A stretch of 64,000 bases of DNA, from contig CAVZJB010000007.1 of NCBI GenBank assembly GCA_963775425.1, forward strand, positions 272,613 to 336,612, in the 5' to 3' direction. Positions 26,570 through 37,713 of the stretch are shown here, one piece after another. Under the pieces are notes generated by a model, which made no database searches, was not told the origin of the DNA, and saw only the letters and a program-made list of their open reading frames with translations. The DNA comes from an uncultured delta proteobacterium (GTDB lineage Bacteria > Myxococcota > UBA727 > VGSZ01). The translations under genes were made by a program, and so were the position numbers. The number at the start of each line of letters is the position of its first letter. Position 1 is the first letter of the stretch.

Positions 26570-27988
26570 CTAGAACTTGAAGTAGATGAAGGGCTGCACC
26601 TCGAAGCTCGCGATCTGCTTGATGAACAGCGCGAGCGCCACGAGGACCAGGGCGCGCACCACCACCGGGGTGCGCGCGAAGACGTCGGCGAGGCGGCCGT
26701 AGGTCTTGTGCGTCAGGAAGTGGCCGACGACGGCGAGGGCGAGCACCAGCAGCAGCGTGGGCGTGAGGTTGGGGTTGTTGGAGGAGTCCTTGAACTGCTC
26801 CCAGAACATCATCTTGGCGTAGTCGATGTCCTTGGCGCGGAACACCAGCCGCGCCTCCATGACGGCGAGGAAGGTCGCCAGCGTGGAGACGACGACGCCG
26901 AACGTCCCCGGGTTCTTGGGCGGGCCGCCGCGCCACCACCACCAGATGCGGTTCAAGGAGAGGCCGACGCCGTGCACCGCGCCCCACAGCGCGAAGCGCC
27001 AGTCCGCGCCGTGCCACACGCCGCCGAGGATCATGGTGATCATCAGGTTCACGAGCGTGCGCGCCTTGGTGCTGCGGTTTCCGCCGAGCGGGATGTAGAG
27101 GTAGTCGCGCAGCCACGTCGACAGCGAGATGTGCCAGCGGCGCCAGAACTCCGAGAGGTTCTTGGAGAGGTACGGCTTGTTGAAGTTCTCTTTGATCTTG
27201 TAGCCGAACAGCGCCGCGATCCCGATGGCCATGTCGGAGTACGCTGAGAAGTCGTAGTAGATCTGGATGGTGTAGGCGAAGACGGCGGCCGCGACCTCGA
27301 GCCCGGAGTAGTTCGTGGGATCGGCGAAGACGCGGTCGACGAGGTTGGCCGAGAGGAAGTCGGCGATCACCAGCTTCTTGAACATGCCGGTGGCGATGCG
27401 GAAGAGCGCGCGCGCGCCGGTCTTGTCGTCGAGGGTGGGGCGCTCGTCGATCTGGGGCAGGAAGTCGGCCGCGCGCACGATGGGGCCGGCGACGACGTGC
27501 GGGAAGAAGGTCATGAACACGGCGACGTCGAGCCAGTTGCTGCGCGCCTTGAGCTCGCGGCGGTAGACGTCGATGCTGTAGCTCATGCCCTCGAACACGA
27601 TGAACGACAGGCCCACGGGCAGGATGAGCCCGAGCGGCTGGTAGACGAGGTGGACGCCGAGCAGCGCGGCGCCGTCGACGACGCTCTTGGTGATCCAGTC
27701 GGCGTACTTGAACAGCCCCAGGAGCCCGAGGTTGTTGAGGATGGAGATCGCGACGACGGCCTTGCGCTTCCACGGCGTTTCCACGCGGGCGAGCCAGCGC
27801 CCGACGAGCCAGTCCACGGTGGTCAGGTGGATGAGCAGCACCGCCGGCGCGGGGTTCCACGCCATGTAGAAGATCATGCTGCCGATGAAGAGGAACAGCT
27901 TGCGCAGCCAGGGCCGGTCGGCGGCCGACCAGTACAGCGTGAAGACCACCGGCAGGAACAGCAGGAACTGCAGCGAGTGGAACAGCAT
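26570..27988 (-). CDS. MBOAT O-acyltransferase (AlgI/PatA/DltB-like)
   Basis: LPVGLSF, FFPHVVAGPIVR, QIYYDFSAYSDMAIG, ENFNKPY, FWRRWHISLS.WLRDYLYIPLGG, GVWHGA. Confidence 0.93.
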   Translation of the reverse strand: MLFHSLQFLLFLPVVFTLYWSAADRPWLRKLFLFIGSMIFYMAWNPAPAVLLIHLTTVDWLVGRWLARVETPWKRKAVVAISILNNLGLLGLFKYADWITKSVVDGAALLGVHLVYQPLGLILPVGLSFIVFEGMSYSIDVYRRELKARSNWLDVAVFMTFFPHVVAGPIVRAADFLPQIDERPTLDDKTGARALFRIATGMFKKLVIADFLSANLVDRVFADPTNYSGLEVAAAVFAYTIQIYYDFSAYSDMAIGIAALFGYKIKENFNKPYLSKNLSEFWRRWHISLSTWLRDYLYIPLGGNRSTKARTLVNLMITMILGGVWHGADWRFALWGAVHGVGLSLNRIWWWWRGGPPKNPGTFGVVVSTLATFLAVMEARLVFRAKDIDYAKMMFWEQFKDSSNNPNLTPTLLLVLALAVVGHFLTHKTYGRLADVFARTPVVVRALVLVALALFIKQIASFEVQPFIYFKF

Positions 27989-30900
27989 CAGCCACCCCGC
28001 CTGTCGACGAGGGACGCCCGCTGTCCGCCCTGTCCGGCCTGGCCGCTCTGTCCGCCCTGGCCGTCGTCGTCGTCGGCGAGGGCGGCGGCGTCGACCTCCT
28101 CGAGCGCGCTGTCGTAGGCGTACGCCGCCATGAGGTCGTCGATGACGAGGTCGGCCAGCTTCTCGTAGCCCTTCCTGGTGAAGTGGACGTGGTCGGCGTT
28201 GCCGAGGCCGGCGGCGACCCACTTGTCCATGGAGCCCGGCCCGCCCATCGCCGTGCGCAGCGAGAAGAACGCGCAGCCCTCGGCGGCGGCGACGCGGCGC
28301 TGTACGCGCTCGACGAGGTCGTGCGCCGGCGCGCGCTTCCACACCCCGTTTTTGTCGTCGAGGCGGTCGGACGCGCCGATGATGAGGCAGTCGGCGCCCG
28401 GCGACGCGGCGAGCAGCGTGCGCAGCGTCTTTTCGAAGTGGTAGCGGTAGGTGGCGTCGTCGAGCGAGCGGATGCCCGCCTCGTTGGTGCCCCACGCCGT
28501 GACCACGAGGTCGTAGTGGCGCGCGTGCACCTCGGCGCCGAGCAGGTCCTGGCGCCAGCGCTGCGGCGTCATGCCCGTGGTGCCCGGCAGGCCGACGGCG
28601 TCGAAGACGATGCCGGGCCGGTCGCGCTCCTCGACGACGGACAGCAGGTGTACCGGCCCCCCCTCGCCGCCGGCGCCGCGGCCCGAGCGCGCGTCGGCGA
28701 CCGGGGAGAGCGGCCGCGCTCGATCGCCGCGCACGTCGATCTCGACAGACGCGAGCGTGCCGTCGATGGGGAGCTTCAGGAACTGCACGTCGCTCGTGGG
28801 GTCGCGGTCGTCGGGCGAGATGGCCGCGACGGTCTTGCCGTCGACGGCGACGTCGGCGATGCCCATGTCGGGCGTGTACAGCCACGCGATCTGCAGCGTG
28901 CCCGTGGACGGCGCGCAGCCGAAGGGCGCCTCGCGCTTGCCGATCGACGAAGGCACGGGGTTGCAAAACGAGATGGAGAACTGCGCGCCCGGCTCGAGCC
29001 TGGCCTTGGTCCCCGACATGCCGACGGCGCCGCCGAGCACCACCTCGCGCCCGTCGGCGATCTCGAACGGCCCCGACAGCGAGCGCGACACGCCGCCCGC
29101 CTCGAGGCGTCGGCTGCGCCGCTCCACGCTCACGAAGCCGCGGCCCGCGACGCCGAAGCGCGCGCCCAGCCGGCGGCGCATGCGATCCGTCCACATCTGC
29201 CCGGCCGTGTGCGAGGCGCCGAGCTGGCCGATGGTGACGTGCCCGTCGGTGAGCGTGTCGACGTCGCCGTCTTCGAGCGCGCGCAGCTTCTTGAAGAAGC
29301 GCCCGAGGGCGCGCTTCTTCGGCGGCGGCGCGTCCTTGCCCTTGATGACCACCGCCGGGCGCTCCTCGGAGGGGAACGACAGCCCGGCGTAGACGGGCGC
29401 GCGCACGCGCGCGCTCTTGCGCCGCGACACGACGACGGCGTCGCTCTGCGCCGGCGTCTTCACGTACGCGTCGAGGAGCGCGTCGGCGAAGAGCTGCCCG
29501 AGCACGTCGCCGCCGCGCCACGTGGGGTGCACGAGGTCCTCGGAGAGCATGCCGTGGTCGCGGAAGCGCGTGAGCGCGCCCGAGCCGCCCATGGCGGAGA
29601 ACAGATCGAAGTACGCGCAGCCCTCGCGCTCGGCCACCGCGCGCTGCACCTTCATGACCTCGTAGATCTGCGGCCGCGTACGCAGCTCCTCGCCCGCCGC
29701 CGTGGCCTTGACGGCGTCGATGGGCGCCACCAACAGGCACGACGCCGACGGCGCCGCCGTCTTCAGCCGCTGCACGAGCTCCGTGAGGGCCTTTTCGAAG
29801 GTGGGCGGATCGAGCGTGCCGTAGCTCAAGGAGCGGGTCTCGTTGCCGCCGAGCATCACCGTGTAGAGCGCCGGCTCGCGCTGGGCGATCTGCCGCTCGA
29901 AGATGTCGGCGTCGGAGCCGTCGACGTAGAGCTTGGCCGACGCCGCCGGAACGCCGATGGTGTCGACCATGACGCCGCCGTGGTCGGCCTCGAGCGCCAC
30001 GCCGAACACGCGGGCGTCCCTGCCCTCCGCGACCAACGTCAGCGCGGTGGTGCCCGCGGGCAGATCGACGTCGACGAGCTCGTCCGTGGTCTTGACCGGC
30101 GACACCTTGGGGATGGCCTCGATCTTGGCCACCACGAGCGAGCCCGAGGTCCCGCGCGCCTCGAGGTGCATGGCCGGCTGCCCGGCGTGCTCGAGGTAGA
30201 AGAGGCGGGCGTGGTCGGCGCCGCGGGTCTTCCACGTGGTGCGCTCGCCGGGCCCGCTCGACGCGTGCAGCGAGCCGGTGAAGCCGAACGGGCCGAGCTT
30301 GCTGCCGTCCCTGGGCGCGTCCTCGATGAAGGTCTCGATGTCCCAGCCGGGCGTGCCCTCGCCCGTGCGCACGCGGCGGCCCGCGACCTTGCTCAGGCGC
30401 TCGGGCAAGAGGAAGCCGCGGCCGGCGGAGCCGAAGCGCTCCACGAGGCGCGCGCGCACGACGTCGGTGACGTGGTCGGAGGCGATGAGCGAGTTGCCGA
30501 GGACAACGACGTCGGCGCGGGCGCTGTCGTCGCCGGCGGCGATGGCGTCGAGGGTGGCGAAGAACGCGCCGAGCGCCTCGGGGTGCTCGACGGCGGCGCC
30601 GGGCGCCTTCACGCTCCTGGCCTGCGCGCGGAAGTGGTCCGCCTTGGGAGAGCGCGCGTCGGCGACGACGGCGGCGCGGTCGACGTGGGCGACCCGGGCC
30701 TGCGCGGGCCGGGAGGGGGCGGACGGCGACACGGGGACGTCCTTCAAGGCCTCGACGTCGGCGCGGCCGTCGCGCTTCTTCCACAGCTCGCGCTCCTCGG
30801 CGTCGATGCCCTGGCCCTCGGGGGCGTCGCGCCCGTCGACGCCGCCGCCGGCCGCCAGCTTCTCCTCGACGTGCTGCAGCGTCATCTTGGGCTTGGCGAA

Positions 30901-31089
30901 CACGCGAGCGGCCACGCGCTTGGCGTCCGCGGGGGAGCGCAGCTCGAGCGGCTTGAGCCACGACGGCAGCGGCGCTACCGCGAGCGCCACCGACACGCCG
31001 AGGAAGATGGCCAGCGTCGCCGCCGTCGAGCGGATGCTCCCGCGCGCGGGCGGGGTGATCTCGGGGCCGGACGGGCGCTGTGCTTCCAC
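27988..31089 (-). CDS. Membrane-anchored protein with two SGNH/GDSL (PatB/Ape-like) modules
   Basis: Module 1: GNS, GGNE, DLVHP; module 2: GASH, GTNE, DHVHF; N-terminal TM; TGATG-coupled to the MBOAT gene. Confidence 0.82.
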   Translation of the reverse strand: MEAQRPSGPEITPPARGSIRSTAATLAIFLGVSVALAVAPLPSWLKPLELRSPADAKRVAARVFAKPKMTLQHVEEKLAAGGGVDGRDAPEGQGIDAEERELWKKRDGRADVEALKDVPVSPSAPSRPAQARVAHVDRAAVVADARSPKADHFRAQARSVKAPGAAVEHPEALGAFFATLDAIAAGDDSARADVVVLGNSLIASDHVTDVVRARLVERFGSAGRGFLLPERLSKVAGRRVRTGEGTPGWDIETFIEDAPRDGSKLGPFGFTGSLHASSGPGERTTWKTRGADHARLFYLEHAGQPAMHLEARGTSGSLVVAKIEAIPKVSPVKTTDELVDVDLPAGTTALTLVAEGRDARVFGVALEADHGGVMVDTIGVPAASAKLYVDGSDADIFERQIAQREPALYTVMLGGNETRSLSYGTLDPPTFEKALTELVQRLKTAAPSASCLLVAPIDAVKATAAGEELRTRPQIYEVMKVQRAVAEREGCAYFDLFSAMGGSGALTRFRDHGMLSEDLVHPTWRGGDVLGQLFADALLDAYVKTPAQSDAVVVSRRKSARVRAPVYAGLSFPSEERPAVVIKGKDAPPPKKRALGRFFKKLRALEDGDVDTLTDGHVTIGQLGASHTAGQMWTDRMRRRLGARFGVAGRGFVSVERRSRRLEAGGVSRSLSGPFEIADGREVVLGGAVGMSGTKARLEPGAQFSISFCNPVPSSIGKREAPFGCAPSTGTLQIAWLYTPDMGIADVAVDGKTVAAISPDDRDPTSDVQFLKLPIDGTLASVEIDVRGDRARPLSPVADARSGRGAGGEGGPVHLLSVVEERDRPGIVFDAVGLPGTTGMTPQRWRQDLLGAEVHARHYDLVVTAWGTNEAGIRSLDDATYRYHFEKTLRTLLAASPGADCLIIGASDRLDDKNGVWKRAPAHDLVERVQRRVAAAEGCAFFSLRTAMGGPGSMDKWVAAGLGNADHVHFTRKGYEKLADLVIDDLMAAYAYDSALEEVDAAALADDDDGQGGQSGQAGQGGQRASLVDRRGG

Positions 31090-31205
31090 CGGAGCCCATT
31101 GGAGCCCGATGGAGCCGCCCGCTCAAGTTTTCGGACGCACGTCCCCGATCTCCGACGATCGCGCACCGCATCGCACATCCCGCCCGGGGCTGGTATGACG
31201 CCCCC

Positions 31206-31547
31206 ATGACGACGGCGACGAGCGACACCATGGACGAAAAGACCTTCCGCGACCTCGCCGGCGCCACCGTCGAGCGCCTGCGGGCGTCGCTCGACGCGCA
31301 GGACCCCGACGTCGTCGAAGCGGTGATGGAGGCCGGCGTCCTGAAGCTCGCCTTCCCCGCGGGCACGCCGTGGGTCGTGAACCTCCAGCCTCCCGTGCGC
31401 GAGCTCTGGCTCGCCGCCAATCGCCAGGCCTGGCACTTCCGCTACGACGGCGCCCGCTGGCTCGACAAGAAGGGCAGCGGCGCCGAGCTCTTCTCCACCC
31501 TGTCGTCGCTGCTGTCGACGCGCCTCGGGGCGGCCGTCGAGCTGTGA
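31206..31547 (+). CDS. cyaY: Iron donor/frataxin CyaY
   Basis: MDEKTF..LA..T, GVLKL.F, VVNLQPPVRELWLA...AWHF. Confidence 0.88.
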   Translation: MTTATSDTMDEKTFRDLAGATVERLRASLDAQDPDVVEAVMEAGVLKLAFPAGTPWVVNLQPPVRELWLAANRQAWHFRYDGARWLDKKGSGAELFSTLSSLLSTRLGAAVEL

Positions 31548-31710
31548 CGGCGAAGGATGGACGTCCGCCCCATGGCGCCACGACGCCCGGCGCGGGAGCA
31601 ACAGCGCGGCGTCGAGCGTGGCAGGGCCCGCGGCCGCAGCGACGACGCGCGCGGACGCCGTTGCCGGCCGTAACGGCGTCGCATATGCCCGCGCGAAACG
31701 GAGCACCGCC

Positions 31711-33027
<1,317 letters not shown>

Positions 33028-33290
33028 CGCCTCTCGAAGGTCGCAGCGGACTGCGCGGCCGCCGCGCTTCCAGTTGGGGGCTTGTCGTCGTCGTCGACGC
33101 GATGCCGCGCGCCGAGACACGTTTGCCGCGCGCTGGCCGACTTCGCCGCGGGTCTTTGGATCGCGGCGCGCCGCACAACGCATGTGTCTCGCGGAAGCGC
33201 GAGCTCCGCGAGCGGGCCCGATAGAGCCGATCGGGTAAGCGGGGGGCCCCGCGCAGCGGGGGGCCCGGAGGGCCCGGCTGTCCGCGCGCG

Positions 33291-34142
33291 TCAGCGCGCA
33301 GAGCTCACGTCGTGCTCGATGGAGGCGGCGATGGCGCCGACGGCGTCGACGGTGCCGTCGACCAGGGCGCTCGTCGAGCGCACGCCGAGCTCCGAGGCGA
33401 AAAAGGCGCGGGCGGCGTCGAGGGTGTCGTCGTCGAGGTCCTTCCACAGGAACGCGAACGCCACCACGAGCTGATCGGGGTCGCCGGGCTTGGGCACCTG
33501 CGCGATGGCCAGCAGGTCCGCGCGCCGCGTGACCTCGTCGTCCTTGAGCGCCGCGGCCACGATGCGCGCGGCGGCGCTCACCGGCGCGCGCGTGAGTCGA
33601 TCGACGGCGCCCGCGGACCACGTGAGGTCCACGAGCGCCTTCACCCTCGCGCGACGCGCCTCCGGCAGCGCCTTTTCGTCCTCGACGAAGTGCTCGAGCG
33701 CCTTGCTGTCCGGGACGGACACCACGGCCGCGTCGATGACGGCGGCGACGGCGGGCTCGGCCAGCGCGTCGCCGAGGGCCTTCAGGTCGTCGGCGTCCAG
33801 GGCGTCCTCGAGCCGGCGCCCGACCTCGTCCTCGAGCCGATCCGCGGACAGGTCGCGCGAGACCGCCGTGGCCAGGCGGTTCCTGCGGTCCTCGTCGAGC
33901 GGCACCATGGTCACCAGCCGCGCCACCCCGCTCCTCGTCACCGCCGGCGCCTCGCGCACCACGCGCTGCACCAGCGATCGCCGGACGACGCCGAGCGTCT
34001 CCTCGCGCGCGTGCGCCTCCGGCCGCGGCGGCGGCAACGGCGCTGGGTCGGTGGCGCAGCCCGCCACGAGCAGCGCGAGCAGCGCCGCGGCCGGCGGGGC
34101 GGACGGTGAGCGGGGGCGCGCGCTGTCGACGAGGAGGGACAC
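33291..34142 (-). CDS. Hypothetical helical lipoprotein
   Basis: Lipobox LVAGC; DUF2059-like motifs (L...DL..L..; L.AA..FFASELG). Confidence 0.65.
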   Translation of the reverse strand: MSLLVDSARPRSPSAPPAAALLALLVAGCATDPAPLPPPRPEAHAREETLGVVRRSLVQRVVREAPAVTRSGVARLVTMVPLDEDRRNRLATAVSRDLSADRLEDEVGRRLEDALDADDLKALGDALAEPAVAAVIDAAVVSVPDSKALEHFVEDEKALPEARRARVKALVDLTWSAGAVDRLTRAPVSAAARIVAAALKDDEVTRRADLLAIAQVPKPGDPDQLVVAFAFLWKDLDDDTLDAARAFFASELGVRSTSALVDGTVDAVGAIAASIEHDVSSAR

Positions 34143-34143
34143 G

Positions 34144-35580
34144 TCAGGCGGACTTGATGATGCGGGGCTTGGGCTTTCCGTCGGCGCCCCGCTTGTCGTC
34201 GTCGGGCTTGTCGTCGTCGGGCTCGTCCACGGTGTTTTCGGGGTTCGACGGGGGCGGCGAGATCATCGTGGGACCGGAGATCTCCGCCGGCGCCGGCGGC
34301 GTCGAGGCGGCCCCCGGGGCGCGCTCGATCTCCACGCGCGCCACGCGCTTTTCGTCGGCGTCGCGCACGATGAAGGTGTGGCCGGAGAACACCACGCGGT
34401 CGCCCCGCTGCGGCATGCGTCCCGTGCGCGCGATGAGGAAGCCGCCCAGGGTCTCGTAGCCGCCGTCGTCGGGGAAGGTGATGCCGAGGGTCTCGCCGAG
34501 CTCGTACAGCGACGCGCGCCCCTCGGCGATGAGGCGGCCGTCGTCGAGGCGCTTGATGGGCGTGTCGTCCTCGTCGTGCTCGTCCTGGATGGGCCCGACA
34601 ATCTCCTCGAGGACGTCCTCGAAGGCGACGATCCCGGCGGTGCCGCCGTACTCGTCGACGACGACAGCGAGGTGGGTCTTTCGCTTCTGGAACAGCTTGA
34701 GCAGGTCGCTCACGCGCATGAGCTCGGGGACGTAGAGCACCGCGCGCAGGTGGTTTCGCAGCGAGAAAGGCTTGTCGTGGTCGGCGAGGGCGTGCAGCAG
34801 GTCCTTGGTGTGGAAGAAACCCTTCACCTCGTCGAGGTTGTCGTCGAAGACGGGCATGCGCGAGTGGCCCTTCTCGCGCGCTTCGGTGAGCACCTCTTCG
34901 AACGAGGCCGACAGCGGCAGCGCGGCGATCTCGGTGCGCGGGATCATCACCTCGCGCACCATGGTCTCGCCGAGGTCGAGCACGCTCTTGAGCATGCGCC
35001 CCTCCTGCTTGTCGAGGACGCCCTCGCGCGAGCCGAGCTGGATCATGGCGGCGATGTCGTCTTCGGTGACGAACGGGCCACTGCGGGTGACGGCGCCGCC
35101 GGAGGCGCGCACGAGCACGTGGGAGAACTTGGTGAACAGGACGACGAGCGGGAAGAACGCGATGTACGTCAGCCACACGAGCGGCATGAGCGTCGGGCCG
35201 ATGGCGGCCGCGTGCGTCTTGGCGAACGAGCGCGGCGTGATCTCGCCGAAGACGAGGACGATGATCACCATCACCGCCACCACGATGGTGACGGGCAGCG
35301 AGTGGAACACGCGCTCGGTCACGAGGGCCGCGAGCACGGCGATGACGGTGTTGGCGGCGTGATCGCCGATGAGCGTGGCCGTGAGGACATGGTGGGGCTT
35401 TTCGAGCCAGAGGGCGAGGAGCTTGCCGCGGCGGCCGCCCGCGTCGACGATGCTCTTGGCGCGCGCCTCGGAGAGCGCCGTGAGCGCGGTCTCGGCGCCG
35501 GAGAAGGCGGCCGAGAGCACGAGGCAGATCACGAGGATCACCCCTTCGCTCAGCGACACGGTACTTGGGGGCTCAGGCAC
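34144..35580 (-). CDS. Hemolysin-family CNNM/CBS/CorC_HlyC transporter-associated protein
   Basis: SAAFSGAETAL, VFGEITPRS, VREVMIPR, HSRMPV, VVDEYGGTAGIV..EDVLEEIVG.I.DE.D, YETLGG. Confidence 0.92.
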   Translation of the reverse strand: MPEPPSTVSLSEGVILVICLVLSAAFSGAETALTALSEARAKSIVDAGGRRGKLLALWLEKPHHVLTATLIGDHAANTVIAVLAALVTERVFHSLPVTIVVAVMVIIVLVFGEITPRSFAKTHAAAIGPTLMPLVWLTYIAFFPLVVLFTKFSHVLVRASGGAVTRSGPFVTEDDIAAMIQLGSREGVLDKQEGRMLKSVLDLGETMVREVMIPRTEIAALPLSASFEEVLTEAREKGHSRMPVFDDNLDEVKGFFHTKDLLHALADHDKPFSLRNHLRAVLYVPELMRVSDLLKLFQKRKTHLAVVVDEYGGTAGIVAFEDVLEEIVGPIQDEHDEDDTPIKRLDDGRLIAEGRASLYELGETLGITFPDDGGYETLGGFLIARTGRMPQRGDRVVFSGHTFIVRDADEKRVARVEIERAPGAASTPPAPAEISGPTMISPPPSNPENTVDEPDDDKPDDDKRGADGKPKPRIIKSA

Positions 35581-35583
35581 GTC

Positions 35584-37134
35584 TCACTCTCGCTCCGCCA
35601 CGCGCTCGAGCATCGCCGCCGCCGTCAGCCCGATGAAGCGAAGCACCTCCATGTGCGCGGCGTCGAAGCCCGCGCGGGAGTTGATGAGCTGCACGGCGCC
35701 GAAGAGCCTGCCCTCCTTCTCGGCGCTCGCGCACAGCGTGTCCGTCGGCTGGTAGTCGATGGTCCTGGCGATCCACGCCAGGAAGCGCGGATCCTTCTGG
35801 ATGTCCGAGACCGCGAGGCAGACCCCCTCCTGCGCGCAGAAGCCGATGATGCCCTGCCCCACCGGCACCGTCATTCCGGAGCGCTTCAGCGCGTCGGCCT
35901 TGGGTCCGCGGACCGCGGCGAAGGTAAGCGCATGTCCGTTCACGTCGGCGAGGTAGAAGGTGCCGGCGTCTGCGGGGATGTGCGCGAGCGCGATGTCGAG
36001 CAGCTTGTCCGCCACGTGCTGCGCCGACAACTGCGCCTCCTCCATGTAGAGGTCCTGGGTGGCGTCGAAGACGGCGGCGATGGCCTCCTGCACGTCCACC
36101 TGCTCGTGGTCGCGCTCCTTGTGGACCGTGCGCCCGATGTGCGGATCCGTCCGGGGGTCGGGCTTGCTCACCTCGCGCGACACCGGCGACGGCGCCTCGG
36201 AGAACTGCCCCGACGGCCGCCGCGGCGCGGGCGCGGGCACGCCGCGCGGCGTCGGAGGACCAAAGGGCATCGGCGTCGCCGCCGACGGCGCGCGCGGCCG
36301 CGCGGTGGAGCCGGTGACGGTGGCGACGTCGAGGCGCATGGTGTCGCCGTCGGTGGGCGGGGGCAGCCCCGAGGACGACGGCGACGGCGACGGCGGCGAC
36401 GGCGACGGCGACGGCGACGGCGCGGCCGCGGACGACAACGGCGCCGGCGCGACGCCCGGCGATGGGGGCGGGGCGGCCGGGCGAGCCGGCATCGGCGTCG
36501 CCGCGGCGGTGACCGGCGCCGGCGCGATCTTGCCCGGCACGTCGCTGAGCGCGCCGGGCGACACGAGCGTGCGGGGATCGGGGATGTGCGGCGGGCCCGG
36601 CGGCGGCATCGCCGTCCACGGCACCGAATGCTCCGGCGCCGTCGCGACGGCCGGCCGGCTCGCAGGGGGCGGCGTCACGGACGGCGGCGTCGCCATCGGC
36701 GCCGGCGGCGCCGGCAGCGGCGCGAGCTTCGGCGCCGGGAACTCGACCAGGGTCTTCGGCGACGGCGACGCGAACCCCGGCGGCCGCTCGTTCTTCTCCG
36801 TCTGCTCGGCGTCGACGGGGGCGGCGTCGGGGATGGAGATCGGGCGCGGGCCCGTGTCCGGGCGCTTCGCGTCGAGGACCGTCGGCGCCTCCTCCTCCAC
36901 CTTCGGCGGCTGCACCTCGCGCAGACGGAAGACGCGCCGCGTGGCGACGTCGGTGACGTGGATGGAGTTGTCCTCCTTGATGTCGCACATCACGTTGGCG
37001 ATGGCCTCCTGGCCCTCGCCGATGCTCTTGAGCCCCGACCTCAGCGCGCCGATCCAGTTGGGCGCCTCGAGCGTCATCGTCACGTTCGGCGTGCCGGCCT
37101 CACGCCCGGGAATGAAGACTTCGAAGAGGGCCAT
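35584..37134 (-). CDS. GAF-domain protein with small N-terminal domain and long Pro-rich linker
   Basis: C-terminal GAF (VGQGIIGFC, DIQKDPRF, GAVQLIN); linker of roughly 270 aa rich in P/A/S. Confidence 0.85.
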   Translation of the reverse strand: MALFEVFIPGREAGTPNVTMTLEAPNWIGALRSGLKSIGEGQEAIANVMCDIKEDNSIHVTDVATRRVFRLREVQPPKVEEEAPTVLDAKRPDTGPRPISIPDAAPVDAEQTEKNERPPGFASPSPKTLVEFPAPKLAPLPAPPAPMATPPSVTPPPASRPAVATAPEHSVPWTAMPPPGPPHIPDPRTLVSPGALSDVPGKIAPAPVTAAATPMPARPAAPPPSPGVAPAPLSSAAAPSPSPSPSPPSPSPSSSGLPPPTDGDTMRLDVATVTGSTARPRAPSAATPMPFGPPTPRGVPAPAPRRPSGQFSEAPSPVSREVSKPDPRTDPHIGRTVHKERDHEQVDVQEAIAAVFDATQDLYMEEAQLSAQHVADKLLDIALAHIPADAGTFYLADVNGHALTFAAVRGPKADALKRSGMTVPVGQGIIGFCAQEGVCLAVSDIQKDPRFLAWIARTIDYQPTDTLCASAEKEGRLFGAVQLINSRAGFDAAHMEVLRFIGLTAAAMLERVAERE

Positions 37135-37226
37135 CCCCTGGAATTACCATCGAATCCGGGGCCACCCAACCAACCCGCCGCGACGTCCGTTTTCAGGGGG
37201 TTAGGCGCGCTTGTTCCAAGGGAGCT

Positions 37227-37712
37227 TCAAGCGAGGCCGAGGCTCTTCGCCGCCTCGGCCTCGACGTTGGCCCCGACGGACAGCACCAGCCGCTCGTGGC
37301 GCTCCACCCGCGTCACCCGGTGGCGCATCACGTCCGGCCGGAACAGGTAGGCGTCGCCCGCGTCCAGCGGCACCTCGGCGCCGTCGACGTAGAGGACGCC
37401 GCCGGCGCCGCCGAGCGCGAGCGCGTTGATGCGGACGTGGCACAGGCCTTCCGCCGCGGGGTCTGCGTGCTCCGGGATCTCGGTGTCGACGGGGTAGCGC
37501 AGCACCCACGCGTCGTAGAGCAGCGGCCCGCCGAGCGCCGCCAGGCACTTCTTCACCAGCCGCTCGCCCATGATGCTGTCGAGCAGGCTCGCCTTTTCGT
37601 AGCCCGTCCCCTGCCGCCCCGGCTCGAACGCGCCGGCGCGCGCGAGGTTGGCGACGACGACGCGATCGCGCGGCGACAAGAACCCCGGGACCAGGCGCGG
37701 CTCGAGGGCCAC
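37227..37712 (-). CDS. Small cupin/2OG-Fe(II) oxygenase-like protein
   Basis: IPEHADP (HxD), GGVL, FRPDVMRHRV, RLVLSVG. Confidence 0.7.
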   Translation of the reverse strand: MALEPRLVPGFLSPRDRVVVANLARAGAFEPGRQGTGYEKASLLDSIMGERLVKKCLAALGGPLLYDAWVLRYPVDTEIPEHADPAAEGLCHVRINALALGGAGGVLYVDGAEVPLDAGDAYLFRPDVMRHRVTRVERHERLVLSVGANVEAEAAKSLGLA

Positions 37713-37713
37713 G

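Noticed and set aside
26570-31420. 1616-aa MBOAT fusion in the ORF track
   Set aside because: The upstream part is an off-frame shadow of the SGNH gene; the real MBOAT starts at 27988
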